DNA of 64,000 bases. It comes from Lama glama (lineage: Eukaryota). Under the pieces are notes generated by a model. The model was given only the letters and a program-made list of their open reading frames with translations, was not told the DNA's origin and searched no databases. The first letter of the stretch is position 1. Each line of letters opens with the position of its first letter. Positions 49,500 through 63,465 of the stretch are shown here, one piece after another. Position numbers and translations under genes: made by a program. The stretch covers positions 62,994,001 through 63,058,000 of the forward strand of contig CM052816.1 in the NCBI GenBank assembly GCA_028534125.1. Direction: 5' to 3'.

Positions 49500-51352
49500 G
49501 ATCACAATGAAATATTGACATGCTAAATTTTGAAAGATGGGATACACGATGTGACAAATAAAATACAATCAAGAACAGAAGGAAATCTCTTTAACACAAA
49601 AAAGGGAATCTACCAGAACCTACAGTAAGCATCATACTTCATGAAAGAAAGTGTGAAGAATTCCCATTCTTTATAGGGAAAAAAAAAATGCCTGCTACTA
49701 CTTTTACTTTTCAATATTGTGCTTAATGTCTTAATAATTCAGTAATAAAAGAAAAGAGGAGATTAATATCAGAAAGGAAAGGTAAAAATTGTCATTAGTT
49801 TTAAATAATGAATTATAACTTACAAAAAAGACAAATAAGAAGGCAATTAACTCTAGTTAGAATTTATTAAGGAGACTTCATATAGATGTTAACCCTAATA
49901 TTAATATCAATAACTGTCCTGCTAGTTATCAATATCTTGTTATAAAATTCAATATTTTAAGTTTTCTTTTTTAATTTTTTTATTTGAACTAATTATATAT
50001 TCACCAAAAGTTATAAAAATAGTACAGCCAGGTTCCATGTGCTCTTCACTTGGTTTGCCCAATGGTTTCCTTCTAGACTGAAAGTATTATACCAAAGCAA
50101 GGAAACTGATATTGGTACACCGTGTGTGTGTTCCTATGTCATGTTATCCCACGTGTAGAGTCAGGTAACCACCCTACAACTCATACCTATCCCCTTTTCT
50201 CCTCACCATCCCTAACCCTTCACAGTAATTGATTTGTTCTCCATCTCTGTAATTTTGTCATGACAAGAATGTTAAATACATGGAATCATACAGCTGTAGC
50301 ATGTGACTTTTTTAAGGTGTTTTTTTTTTCTCCTGTTCAGCATAATACCCTCGATAAAAACTGGATGTTTTGAATATTATGTGATAACCCTGGAAATCAC
50401 TCTTCCCCCTCCATGGAGTCTGTTTATGCAGCTTGATGTAGACACTAGCTTTTTGTTTGTTTCATAACTTCTCTAAACTATTTTGGTTAAACTGTGCTTT
50501 TTTGTTGTTGTATGTGGTCTCTGAAAGAAGCAGTTCATTTAGCCTGGGTTTAGCTAGTATTTTGACAGATTTCCTTGAATTTCAGGAGCCAGCTGAGAGA
50601 GATAAGAGAGAAAAAAAAGAAAGAGAAAGAGAAAAAAGAAGAAGGTGGAGGAGGAGGAAGAGGAGGAGATGGAGAAGAAGTAGAAAAAGAGGAAGAAATA
50701 AATGAAACCCTCTCCCAGTTTTTGCAGATTGGCTCCGTGCTGGGCACTCCTTCATTGCTTAGCCAGGCTATTTACAGCCCTGCCTTAGCCTTCACTTCCT
50801 GGTTTGTTTACCTACCATAGGACATTTGGGTTCTTCCACTTTGGGGTTTTTGGTACTCAGACCTTTTTTAAAAAGTCAAATTCATAGAAATAGATAGTTG
50901 ACTAGTAGTTGCCAGAGGCTAAGGGTGGGAAAAATAGGGAGATGTTGATCAAAAGGTACAAATTGCCATTTATAAGATGAATAAGTCCTGGATATACTAA
51001 TGTACCGCACAGTGCCTATAGTTAACAATACTGTTAACAAACTGGAAGTAGACTCACAGGCATAGAAAACAAACTATGGTTACCAAACAGGAAAAGGGCT
51101 GGGGTGGGGGGATGAATTAGGAGTTTGGGATTAACATATATACACTACTATACATAAAATAGATAAACAACAAGGATCTGCCATGTAGCACAGGAAACTA
51201 TATTTAATATCTTATAATAACCTATAATGAAAAAAATCTGAAAAAGAATACATATATGTATATGTATAACTGAATCACTTTGCTGTACACCTGAAACTAA
51301 CACAACGTTGTAAAACAACTACACTTCAATAAAAATTGATTAAATAAAATAA

Positions 51353-51390
<38 letters not shown>

Positions 51391-52140
51391 ATTCCAGGTT
51401 GCTAGGAGATTAGATCTTAAGTCTTACCAACAAATAAGCAGTGGTAATTTTGTGAGGGAACAGAGATGTTAACTAACCCTACTGTGGTAATCATTTAAAA
51501 TACATAAGTGTCTCAAATTATTGTGATGCACACTTTAAACTATCTCAATAAATGAATAAATAAATAACTAATAAATAAATAACTACATAAAATAACACAG
51601 ATCTCTGGGCCTCAAAAAAAGTGTAATGGGATAAGCAAATATATTTAATTAAAAAGAAAAGTTAAATTGGAAAGTGGATCTCCAAATATGTTATTATAGA
51701 GACATCCAAAGTAGGGTGACTCTGAAAAGCTTTGAAAGTGAAAGCCTTAGAAGGTAGATCATTTTGATTATAATTAACCAAAATCACAGTGTTTTCTGTA
51801 TACAAATAGAAATCAATTTAGAAAGAGTACTAAAAGGAGAGGAGATCTAAATTAAAACTTATGCATTTGAAAATATACAAGGAAAATGAGCCAAAAGGCA
51901 AATTGAAAACTGGGAAAAATCATTGCCAACACATATGAAGACTAATACCCAATAGAAAAAAAATTTTTCAAGCAGATGATAGAAATGCAAATATAAATGG
52001 ATCTTAATACTTGAGAAGATGCTCATGTTATTCAGAATTTAAAAGTGTAAATTAGTTTTGCAATGAGATGCTATCTTTCATCCATCAAAGTGACAAAGAT
52101 AAAAAGGTTTGGTAACAGAATTACTGGAAAGTGTAAAAAT
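49500..52140. mobile_element. Cluster of L1 fragments (old ORF2 +, L1MC-like 3' end -, L1M 5' -, L1MA-like 3'UTR + split by a young L1 3' end at ~51045-51385)
   Basis: Recognisable L1 motifs in each block; (TA)n tail at 51357-51385; purine-rich tract at 50601-50700. Confidence 0.7.
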
Positions 52141-52502
52141 TTTGCTTTTAGTTCATAAGTATAAAGCATAAAATTACATTTTAGTTTTTACAGAAATCCC
52201 ATTAATTTATTTATATTTGTAAAAGTTTTTTTAGATACTATAAGATCTGTAGAGGTCCAGGCCATCTTGCTTAAAACCTATTTTCATGTCAGTTGCATAT
52301 TAATTATTTTGTGCTTTAACTTGAATGTTTGTTTATCACCATCATATTATACTATACCCCAAATTTGCAAATCTGGGCTATAGTCTCAAAAGAGATTCAT
52401 TGAAACAGTAGTACGATTACCATAATCCAAGAGGAAAATGTGAAATATACTGAAATTAGTAAAACTTTGATTATGGCAATTGCCCACAGGTAGCCACAAA
52501 TG

Positions 52503-52805
52503 CACAAAAGGAAAGTACAAATAGAAAGTGAAATAATGACTATGAGAAAATCTGATTTTATTTGGATGAGCAATCCATTTTGTCTTTTTCAATGTGACAC
52601 TGTACAAAACATTATCAAGTAGCATTACGAAGCCACTGAACTTCACATATCATTCTAAGACAAAACAGTAACTTTGCTAGCAAGCAGATTGATCTTATCT
52701 CAGAATGAGTGCAAAATAATCCTTTCCAGTATCAAATTCATTCATTTCATGACAAAGAGACTAAAGATACAGAAGCATCATTCAAAGATGCACCCTTTCT
52801 GGAAA
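52503..52805 (+). mobile_element. Decayed hAT (Charlie/SPIN-like) transposase N-terminal fossil
   Basis: From 52503 reads HKRKVQIESE...NPFCLFQCDTVQNIIK*HYEA; at 52769 reads TEASFKDA. These resemble KRK..., the BED-like 'CL.C...N..RHYE' motif and 'TEASF.VA', in the expected order. Confidence 0.45.
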
Positions 52806-53449
52806 ATACAAATTTAAGTCTCCATATTGCCAAGAAGATAGCCAAACTGAGCACAAAATGAATGACTACTGTGTGCAGACAGAAAATAGAAAGAGCTATA
52901 TACAGGCGTCCTTTCAAAGGATCCTCCTGGATGTAACACAACATCAGTGATATTCAATGTATGTGAGCAGTGACTACTGCTCTGTTCATGGTGACAGACA
53001 CTTAACTTTACAATTGTTTGACAAAGTGTATGAACTTGCTCCTGGTGTTTGTGCAGTATTTATGAGAAACTTTTTCTGTTATCCTCTTAAGACATTTACT
53101 CTGAAAAAAACATGTATTATATAAAAGACTTCATTTCAAGGAAGTATTTTCTGAGCTGTGATAGAGACTGGAAAGCTAGAACTATATGTGCAACCTGGAG
53201 AGGTTTCACTGTAATGAAAGGATGCTCCCGGATGCCAGTTCACATGGTGCTTCATGCATAGAGAATGGTTAAGGGGTCAACCACATGCCTTCTGGCCTTG
53301 ACATTTGGTTGAAAAACAGTGAAAATTATGAATACATTAAGTGAAGCTACTGTATCATTTCTTCAATCTGATATCTGAAGAAATATTCAGTAATTGTAGG
53401 ACTTGTTTTTCACAGTGAAATATACTTTCTGTTCAGGTCAAAGATACAA

Positions 53450-53592
53450 TTTGCTGAGCACTTTCTAGGTACCAGACATTCTACTTGTCTTATTTAATTC
53501 TGTCTTATTTATTTCTCACCCTGAACCCTATGTGGAAGGTATTGTTCCTATTTTAAGTAAGGCAATAAAGGCTAAGAAAAGTTAAGTAACTG
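53450..53592 (-). mobile_element. MIR fragment
   Basis: 'tttgctgagcactttctaggtaccagacattct...aaccctatgtggaaggtattgttcctatttta...gttaagtaact'. Confidence 0.65.
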
Positions 53593-54206
53593 ATACTTTG
53601 CTTTCTAAATTCTAACTTAAGACTTAAAAGATCTTTTTATGAAACTGGTAGTACTTTATGTAATGATAAATAGATCAAAAAGCTCTTTTCCAGTTGAAAC
53701 AGTCTTCTACAATATCTAAGAGGGAAAGACTGACAATTTATCTCACAGACAGATGATAAGTAGATTACAAAGAGAATGAGAGAGCAGAGAGAGAGAGAGA
53801 AAAATTCTGCTCCCTATAACAAAGGAATACACTTATAATTCTGAGCATACACTAAAATTTTTTTAAATTGACAATGTAAATCCTGACAAAAAGTAAATAT
53901 CAAGTGAATTTAAGATAATTAGTATCATTTATATAATCCCCACCACATCACAATTAACCAGAAGGCAATAAAAATGTACAACAAATACTTCATGTGCTGG
54001 AAAATTTCAAACACATTTCAAATAAAGAAATTATGAGTAAGTAAAAGATATTTAGACCTAAAGGATAAAAAAATTATAAAATACAACTTCTGTGATATAG
54101 TAAAGTGGCTATGTAGCTTTTATTCTTATAATGGAAAAAAGCCTGAAAATAAACAACTTAAGCATCCAAATTAAGAAATTATCAAAAGAACATTTTAATA
54201 ATCTGT

Positions 54207-54840
54207 ATGTAGTAGATTAAAGATGGCCACAAATTCATTTATATTCTTCCTACACTGGGGGTGAGTGGTTGTCTGTGTCCCAGTCCTTTCATCCTGAGCT
54301 GGTTCTTACAACTTTGGGTCATTAGAATAATGTAGAAATAAATATATGTCAGTTTCAAATCTTGGAGGCATCAGAAGCCATGTAGGAAGTTCAGCTACCT
54401 TGCTGGAGAGACCACACGGAGAGGACCTAGGACTATATGGAAAGAGAAGCTCAGCCGAGCTCAGCATTCCAGTCGTCTTGTTGCACCTCTAGAAAATACC
54501 AGCCCCCAACTGAATAAAGTGACCCCAGACATCACCACCCGGAGAAAAAGAATAATCCAGCCAAGCCCTCCCCTAATTCCTGACCCCCAGACTCAAGCGC
54601 AAGCTAAATGATTGTTAAACCTAAAGCTAAGATTTAGGGTGATTTGTTATACAGAAGGAAGTAATTGTAACAGAAATTGGTTCCTGGAAGTGCTACTATA
54701 ACAAAAAGCTAAAACACATGGCAACAGCTTTAGGAACCAGCTACAGGTAGAAGCTGGGAGGGCTTTGCGGGCACGACTGATGGCAGATGGGAGGCACTGA
54801 GGCAGTGCCAGTGAGGACTGAAAGGAAATGGGAAGAGACA
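54207..54840 (+). mobile_element. MLT1G/H-like MaLR LTR plus start of internal sequence
   Basis: 'tgtagtagattaaagatggccacaaattc...tttgttatacag...taattgtaaca' followed by 'gaaattggttcctggaagtgctact'. Confidence 0.7.
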
Positions 54841-57800
54841 TTAACCTCTAGAGTAACTACCTCCTCAACTTTTTAGTCTGATAATCCTTTGCCCAGTCAG
54901 TTTCCTGAGAAACATTTTTCTTGCCCACCATTCTCTTCACCCTGCCTGACAAACCTGCAACCCAGCTTTGTGCATGGATGGGACAGCCTACTCTTCTCTT
55001 CAGAGGGGTTTGGCTTCTTTGCCTTCTGTTGGCTATTAATAGTTTGAAACTCAAAAACAGCCACATAGGCTATTAGTGTTAATACTTAATCCTCATTCCT
55101 CATGTTTCCACAAAGTCAGAAACAATCTGTACACTACTGACCAGGAGGGGACAGTCTGACTCTCCCCTGCCCCTCTCATCCCTTCCCATGGAGAAGGAGG
55201 TGATGTGATGGGTTGGTAAGTTCGACAGAAGAACTCAGCTTAGACCCTCTAGAGTTGCTCCTTCCTGTCCTGCCTGGAAAGACTGTTGTGTGGTAAGCCT
55301 AACTGGGAAGGCTATGCCATTCAGCTGTTATGAATTTCTCATTTACTTCTAAACCACGGTGGGGACAAGGACAATATTTATATCCCATTCCTCCCAAAAT
55401 TCAAAACTTCTAAGAGGTTTACCTTGTGTTAGCTACAGCAAACGTTTCATTTGATTGAATCTATAGCCACTCATTCACATTCTAGAGCAGAAATTTTTAA
55501 ACATATAAGCTCACAGGATCTTGGAGCATCATGAAAATATTCTTGTATCCTTTTGTGTTTTGGGGAGAGGGTCAGTAGACCACTCTCATCAGATTTTCCA
55601 AGCAGGCCATAAACTAACTCTAGTTTAAGGACTACTTACTGCTCTTGAAACATTCCACTGAGCTCCTGTTCCCTCCACGCACCTTGTTCTTAATGAACTG
55701 CAGAAGTAAAGCATCCTTTCCTTGCGCAGAGTATTCTCAGACTGGTGTTTGCTTTCAAGGATCTTAATTCTGCAATATCGTGTACCTCAAAGTCAAGAAA
55801 AAAGGCAGGCACAATGGGAAGAAGGTAAGATCATCCTCACAAAAACTAAATATGGAAATAACCTACTACAGTCTACACGCCCCCAAGAACAGAGGTGTTT
55901 CAAATTCACACTTTTTCAGACATTAGAGAGGTAATACAATGCATATATTCTATGTCACCCAGCGCCCCTAACAGCGCATGGAGCAGTGTTCCATGATCAA
56001 ACATGTAATTATTACTGCAGCAAAACATGAATATTCACACCAAAGTAGGAGAGGCTATAAATAATGTCATCTCAGTGTAGTCAGGTTTTTCTATAAAATG
56101 TGTTATGAAATACTAGTTTTTCGGTGATTTTGGGGGAGCATGTGGTTAAGGAACTGTGAACCTATAACTAAACATCATCATGTCCTTCCTTTAACCTCCC
56201 CTTGTCCAAGACTAAATAATTCTAGTTTCTTAAATACTTCTTTGAAAGTCTGTTTTTCACCATCTTTAATTATCCGCATAGCTGTCCTTCTTCTGCATAA
56301 TCTGGCAAGCAATAGATTCAAGAACACTGTATGTTACTACGCAGTGGGGTCTGAAGGGAAGATTACTTTTGTCTTCCACTTACACAGGGTTCGTAACTAA
56401 GTCTTATTCCACGCACTCAAAGTTAGTAACTAACACTTGGGCAACTCAGTGTGTGATTTCAATTCTTTCCTTGCCCACATGGAGAATAAGCATCCTGTAC
56501 AGTCTCAGGGCTTCTCATGCCACAGGACTGCTCTTCCCCAGAAGGGGTCTACGGCTAGAATCCGTTTCAACTCAAATCACTTCAGTGAGTGTTTATTGCT
56601 AATTTGCTTTATCTCTAATAAACTGCTTAGAGTCCGTCAGGGAAAATATTCACGTGTACATGTAATACCTGTAGAAGCCACTAAGGACAACATAAGCATG
56701 TGTGGAATAATATGGTCAGTTCCTTAGGCGGGGATACATAGGGAATTTAAATAAAGAAAAGAAAATTAAGACGCCATGGCACTCTGGCTGAGGAATATGA
56801 ATTTTGTTATAGCCTAGGCCATCTCAGGGAAAAACAAAAAAATAGATGGCGTTTATAATCAGGGGGCCAACCTATTTTTTCAATCTTTCCTCCATTGAGT
56901 ATTCGTGGGCCTTCAGTCCAAAATTCTTACTGGATCTCAACTCTTCTTCAAAATTCTGATCAGATTATTTTTTAATCTGTATTAGATTCTATTGAGCACA
57001 GTACTAGACATCTCAGTAAACCCGAAATAAATGGTAGCAATTATTATCAATAAAGCGTTGCATTTCTAAGGGTGTTATCAAGAGACAAAAAGTTGTAATA
57101 CAACAGAAAAGAGCTTAAATGATGTATTACTTTATGATTCAAAAAGAAAGTTTCAAAAGGACATACATAATATATTAACTTTGAAACACACAGAAAATTA
57201 GAAATTGTGGGATTGCATTCACATGGACAGTATTTTAGTAGTTAACCTAAAATGTGAAGTTTCAATAATATTGAGGGCTGCCCCACTAGAGTTAATTGTA
57301 TCCAGATTCTGGGAAAAATATTTAAGCTGAAAAAAAATATATATATATATATGTATATGGTAAAAATACTCTTCCATATAACAATGCAATTTTTCTCTGG
57401 GAAAGAAGGAAGTGGAATTGTACCTGTAACATATCATCACAAAATAAGAAAGGCAAGAAATTTAAATATAAAGAAAGTATAATGAATTAAAATAAATAAA
57501 TTCATAAGCTCCCTTTTAATAACCTTCACCAATATTTTAGTTATCTCTTTTAACCAGTCATAGTTTACCTTACATAGTTGGTATCATTCTACCAAGAGTT
57601 TCATAATTTATTCTAAGCATTTTCTCATGTCATTCAAATCTATTTTTAAGCATTTTTTTCTTTTAAAATTGCTCCTCTATTATATTTCTAAGTTACACAA
57701 GTTAAAGGCTCTTGTAAGAAAAGTGAAATACTGTGAATATGTATGTAAAGATAATCTTCTCTATATTCACCTCTATTTACTTCAATACCACCCTACTTAA

Positions 57801-58209
57801 TATTAGCAGGCTGACGTGTATGTGTATCAACAGCATACACATCCACTCACATACACACACAGACACACACACCCCTTTTCCATTCTTCTCCATGTTCATT
57901 AAAATGTGGATACTCAAATATAGAATGTTTTCTATAAAAACATAATTTATTTATTTTATTTACTTAATAAATAATTAAATAAACTAATAAATTCTTTCAA
58001 CAATTATTAACTAGGCAAATTACATGTTTCAGACAATGAAAATATAGCTGTGTATGTACAAATCAGACAGTCTCTGCCTTCACAGAGCTCCGCTTCACTT
58101 TGTACCATGGTTATCACTCAAGGTTGATACATATGTAACTCACTGTTTGTCTGTTTTTTTCTAGCTTTGGGGTTTTTTTTGTTTGTTTGTCTGATATTCC
58201 CAAATTTTT

Positions 58210-60480
58210 ATTGTGGCCAAAAAACCTGTAAAAAATAAAATTCACCCTACCAACAGTTTCCAAGTGTACAGTACATTACTGTCAGCCATATGTGCACTGT
58301 TGTTCAACAGATCCCCAGACCTTCCTATAATGCATGACGGAAACACGACACCTACTGAACAACACCTGCCTCCTCCTCCACCCAGCCTCTGGTAACCAGC
58401 ATTGTATTTCTGTTTGTATATCTAACTCATTGTTTTTAACAGCTGCCTACTATTCTCTAGTACTTATGTACTGCTTCTGTACAATATATACACACAGATG
58501 ATTGATAAGTAGATCAGATAGAAAAAGAGATTGACTGATAGGTAGGTAGGTAGGTAGGTATGTAGATAGATAGATATTGGATGGATATACAGAAAAGACA
58601 GTTATAGTATTATAGATAATCCTATTTCACAAGAGAATCCATGTTCCCACAGCAATGTATGATTGAGATGATTTCCTAACACAATCACCAATTTTGGAAG
58701 TTACAGTGCTACATTTTTGTAAATCTTCGGGTCAAAAAAAAAAAACCTTTTTATATTTAACTTGTATTTGCTAATTTGTAATAAACCGGTCATCTTCTCA
58801 ATGTTTATTTGGAAGTTTTCTCTCCCATTGAAGGGCTTTTTATCCATTTTTCAATTCTATTTGTCCTTTTCTTCTTAAGTTGCAGAACCCCAGTGTATTA
58901 AGGATACATCTAATCGCAGGTATTTTTCTTTATCTGTCATTTGCATTTTTACTTTTTTATGGTATCTTCCACCATACAAAATTTTAAAAGTATTTATATT
59001 GTGAAAGTTTTCTGCCTCTGCTTTATGGATATTGGACCTTTCCTACCATAAAGTTATATAAATATTTTCTTCAGTTTTCTTCTATATCTTTAAGTTTTTC
59101 AGATTTTCCTTACACTTAAGAATTTGATCTGTCTAGAATATAGTTTTATATATGATACATACAGTAGTGATTCAAATTACTTTTGTTTTGGATGAATGGT
59201 TAACTGTCTAGGTTGTGTTACCAACACCTATTAAATAAATTACTATATTTCTACTGAATTGAAAAAACAACACTATCTTCCATTAAATTTCCAAATATTC
59301 TTTAATCTGTTTCTACTTTCTATTCTCCAAGAATGTATTTGTTCAATTCTATGTCAAAAATATTCTGTTTTATTACAGTGGCATGACCATGTACTTCAAC
59401 TTTTGGTAAAACAAATCCACATTAATCATTCTGTTTATAAAATATTTCTGGTTATTCTTAGATATTTATTATTCCTTCTGAACTTTAAAAATTTTTTTAT
59501 TCATTTCCAAATTAAACTATTTTAATTCTTACTGGAGAAACGCTAAAGTGTAAATTTGGAAACATTGATATTTCTATAGTATAGCTTCCTTCTAAAAATG
59601 CATGTTGTATTGCTTCATTTGATTACATTATGTTTTATGTCCTTGAACAATGGTTTATCATGTATTTCCCATAGAAACTTTGCCTATCTTGTTAATTTAT
59701 CCCTAATAAAGTTTGCCCTCCATGACAAATGTGAACTCTTGGAGTTTTAGGGAAAAGCAATAGATTAGTGTGTATCTGTTTTATATCCAACCATCTTCCT
59801 TATTATATTATTAATTACAATCATTTAGGAGAGTGTCAAGTATTTCTAACATATATTAATTCTCTCTTGCATCATTTATAATGTGTTATTTTGGAGACAT
59901 TGAGTTGATTTTGATTTTAAAACAAGGTTAAAAAATACTGATGGCAGGAGCTATTGTTTACTCCTGATTTGGGTGGAAATGGCTTTAACATTTCCCCATT
60001 TTATATACTGTTTATTCTTGGTATGTGGGAAAAAGTTTCTCCTTATTTTTATTTACCTTAAGTTTCAATTTAGAGCAAAAATGTTTGCTAAAGTTAACGA
60101 AATCTTTTATTCAAATGGGAAGAATATTCTGTATAACAATACTCTGTGTAAACTTTATGTAACATTGAAGTTTTCTTTTTAAATTAACCTCCATAATGAA
60201 TTATGTTGATTGATTTCCTATTGTTGAACCACAAATGTGTTTCTGGAATTATCCCTGTATTTTTCTTTAAACCCCCTATTGGATTCAATTTACTATTCAG
60301 AATTTTTGTCTGCATATGTATGTGAAATTAGTTCACAGTTTTATTTTATTACTGTCTTTATTGACTTGACACTGAAATTATGTTTGATTTATAAAATGAA
60401 GTAGGTTGATTTCCATCTTTTTTATGGCCTGCAATAGTGTTTAGTTATTAAATGCTAGAAATAACTCAACTTTTAAAACA
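58210..60480 (-). mobile_element. L1MA-like 3' end (58210-58410) and old antisense L1ME-like fossil, with (GGTA)n/(GATA)n at ~58540-58575
   Basis: T-rich antisense L1 motifs: 'aagtgtacagtacattact', 'ctggtaaccagcattgt', 'ttgatttcctattgttgaacca'. Confidence 0.65.
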
Positions 60481-60714
60481 ACATGAGCATAATGTCTATA
60501 ATGATAAATTTTAATTACCTATTCTATCTTGATGAATCAAGACTTAAATATCAAGAAAATACCTTAAATAAGTAAATCAAAGGCAGAATATAAGTGCCAC
60601 ATAAGTGAAAAAACTAAGATGTCAATATCTTATTATAATCAGTGTATAAAAAGACAAGCTTTACACAAAATGTCCAATAACTGCTGAATTCCAATTTTAT
60701 GAATCATACACTTT

Positions 60715-61065
60715 GTGATAGGTGGCCTCTAAGACAGTCCCCTTGTACAATTTGCTCCCCTTGAGTGTGGGCTGTACCTAATGAATAGAATATTGCAAAG
60801 GTCATGAGATACTCCTTCTGATACTGGGTCACAAAAGAGATTGGCAATCATCTAGGATACCTTCTCCCATTCTCTCTCTCTCTTCCCCTCACCTTCTCCC
60901 ACTCCCTCTCCCTCTCCTCCCCTATCCCTTCCCACCTCTCTCTCCCCATTCAGGGAAAAGCAAGCTGCCACATTATGAAATGCCCTATGGAGAGACCCAC
61001 AGAGTGAGGAACTGGTGTCTCTGGTCAACATTCAGATAGACTCGAGGCTTGCTAATGGCCATGTT
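60715..61065 (+). mobile_element. MLT1E/F-like MaLR LTR fragment
   Basis: 'tgtgataggtggcctctaagac...ccccttgagtgtgggctg...gccctatggagagaccca'. Confidence 0.7.
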
Positions 61066-61508
61066 AGGAAGATGCAACAGGCTTTTCAGTGACCAGTAAA
61101 TAGATTTCTCTAGCAAATAGAGAACTATGTTCTAATTTCCCAATTACAAAATTATAAAGTTATACATTTTTACAGTTTGGGACTTTTTAATAAAATTCCA
61201 ATAGATACATGGTTTGACTAAGTCTGCTAGTCTTTAATTATGGCTACTTATACCTAACAGTTTTGTCATCATTTCTTTTAGTGTAATCTCTTAGCAAAAA
61301 CAATTCTTTTTCTCAACAGCTGAGAAGCCAAAGGTGAAACAAAGTTTTAGGTATCCCTACACAGGAGAAGGGTTGTAGTGAAGTGCCAACAGCAGGGCTT
61401 CCATCCACTTATAACCACCTGAGGAATGATGAGTCAAAACTAAAGGCATCCAAGAAGAGCAGACTTCTTCTGCCCTTCCCCTGTTGACTTCCCAGCACCA
61501 CTCCCCCA

Positions 61509-61536
61509 ACACACACACACACACACACACACACAC
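61509..61536. repeat. (CA)n microsatellite
   Basis: Directly visible. Confidence 0.95.
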
Positions 61537-63264
61537 TGTTCTAACCAACCAGTACGTTGCAGAACTTGGTGTGACTCTAAAATGTTAGACATGTCCCTGA
61601 CTTAATAGAATGGCACCTTTACATTTGTTTACCCAAAACAGTGACAGCAAAGCCATACTTGAACCATTTTGTTCTTCAGTAAGAAGGAGAATTTTAACAA
61701 GATTCAGTTTCATTCCTTGATGTCAGCTAGTATGTGATCTCTAATCACAGCTTTGGTCTGATTCCAGTTGGCAAGACAGGGATAAAAGGCAGAGTAAGAG
61801 TTAGTTCATTTCAGTAAAGGAAACACAGGCTTTGAAGACACTGGAGTCCATAGAAAATGATAATGGGAGCAATTAGATCACTCTCCTTATCTTATTTTTT
61901 AATCCAGTACTTTCTTCTAAGCTACTTTAAATATTAACAATTTAAAATTTGAAAATTTGACAATTAAATGATAAAAACACAACCTGGTTACAAAAAGATG
62001 ATCGTATTTTCAGAGTAGTGAGGTAACATTAAGCTCCTAAAATTTTCCTAAATACAAATTAAAAAACAAAGTAAGTTTTACATTTAACATGTAATTGGCC
62101 TAAACAAACTTAAATCAGACTCTGCTGTCGCCTCATCAAATGACTAGACCCTAATCTCAATCTCTAGGAAACAAGTCATTTAGCCATGTGTATTCTATAG
62201 GAGCAGATCAAGGGAAAGAAACAAGTATGAAGAAAAGGATTTGTTACCTAAGCACATCAAAAATGTTCAGTTGCCTCGGAGTGGCTCCTGTGAGATTTCA
62301 TGATGAAGATGCAGTATGATAGAAAGAAAATCATGATTTTTGTTTTGCTATGCTTTTCTGCAAAGGGTAAAGGCAAGAACAGGGGTGGAAGTGCATATGT
62401 AAGGCCCTTCCCCCAGAGTGCATCTATCGTTCATACCATCAGTTTAACTGATTCTATCACATAACTGAATTCCCCGGCTTATAGAAAATGTAGATAGAAA
62501 TAGCCACATTTTAAGAATTCAGGTTAAATTTGGTGCTGCTTGTACTTACTGAATCATTTTTTGCTTAAGTTTGTTTCAGGACAATCTTATATGAAAGGAA
62601 AAGTCTGGAACTTAGGTCTTCCCTCATAGAAGGATAAATTTCTCCCATATGTGGGATTTTTTTTTTCTCCAGCAGCCACATCAAAAAAAAAAAAAACTGT
62701 CCTGATAACTCAGTGAACAATAGATGTTATACCTCCTGGGAGAAAAATACAGTAAATCCAAAGGATGAGAATTTCCATCCTGGTCTAGGCCTGAGCAGCC
62801 AGTCCTCACGCGGTGCTCACGTCTGGCAGGCAACCTTCCCCCATCATGATACTGCTGGCCGTGGCCACCCTGCCTGTTGCCAAGATGGTGATGACTTCAG
62901 AAGTAAACAGATTCAAGCAAGCAAGCAATTGGTCAATTAATCAATATGTGCTACCCTCAAAGTACTCAGCACAGTGCCCGGCACCAAGGGAGACACAGAG
63001 AAAGAATTAAACATCAAGAAACTTGCAATCAACCAGTCGGAAAAAAATGTTCTTGACTCAGAAAGATAAATTAATTATAGGGATATTAAGGAGCAATTTT
63101 TTAAAATAAACTTTCAACTATGGTTTGACTTTGTGACCTTGAACAACTCAGTAAACTCTGGGTCTCTAGCTCCTCAGGCAGAAGTCAAGGAGACTGGGCT
63201 AAATTATTTCCCCTAAAGACTAAATGATTCTATGAATTAAGTTATAAATTATATGGTCCTGAAG

Positions 63265-63465
63265 GGAAACAGTATAACACAATTACTTAAGCATGCAAAC
63301 TCTGTAGTTAAGACTGTCTTGGCTCAAATCCTTGCCCTGTCACTTAGCGTGAGGACTTGAATAAGTAACTTCAACTTGCGAACCCAACATTTCCTCAGCC
63401 ATCACTTCGGGATAGTAATAATATTTACATCATTGGATAAGGGGGCTTAAATGAGGTCACACATG
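63265..63465 (+). mobile_element. MIR
   Basis: 'agactgtcttggctcaaatccttgccctgtcacttagcgtgaggacttgaataagtaacttcaac'. Confidence 0.7.

Noticed and set aside
50457..50820. Charged Glu/Lys/Arg-rich ORFs
   Set aside because: Translation of a purine-rich low-complexity tract inside an L1 fragment.
55741..55825. Plus-strand exon-like segment ending AAG|GTAAGA
   Set aside because: Weak acceptor, unrecognised peptide and no supporting plus-strand exons.
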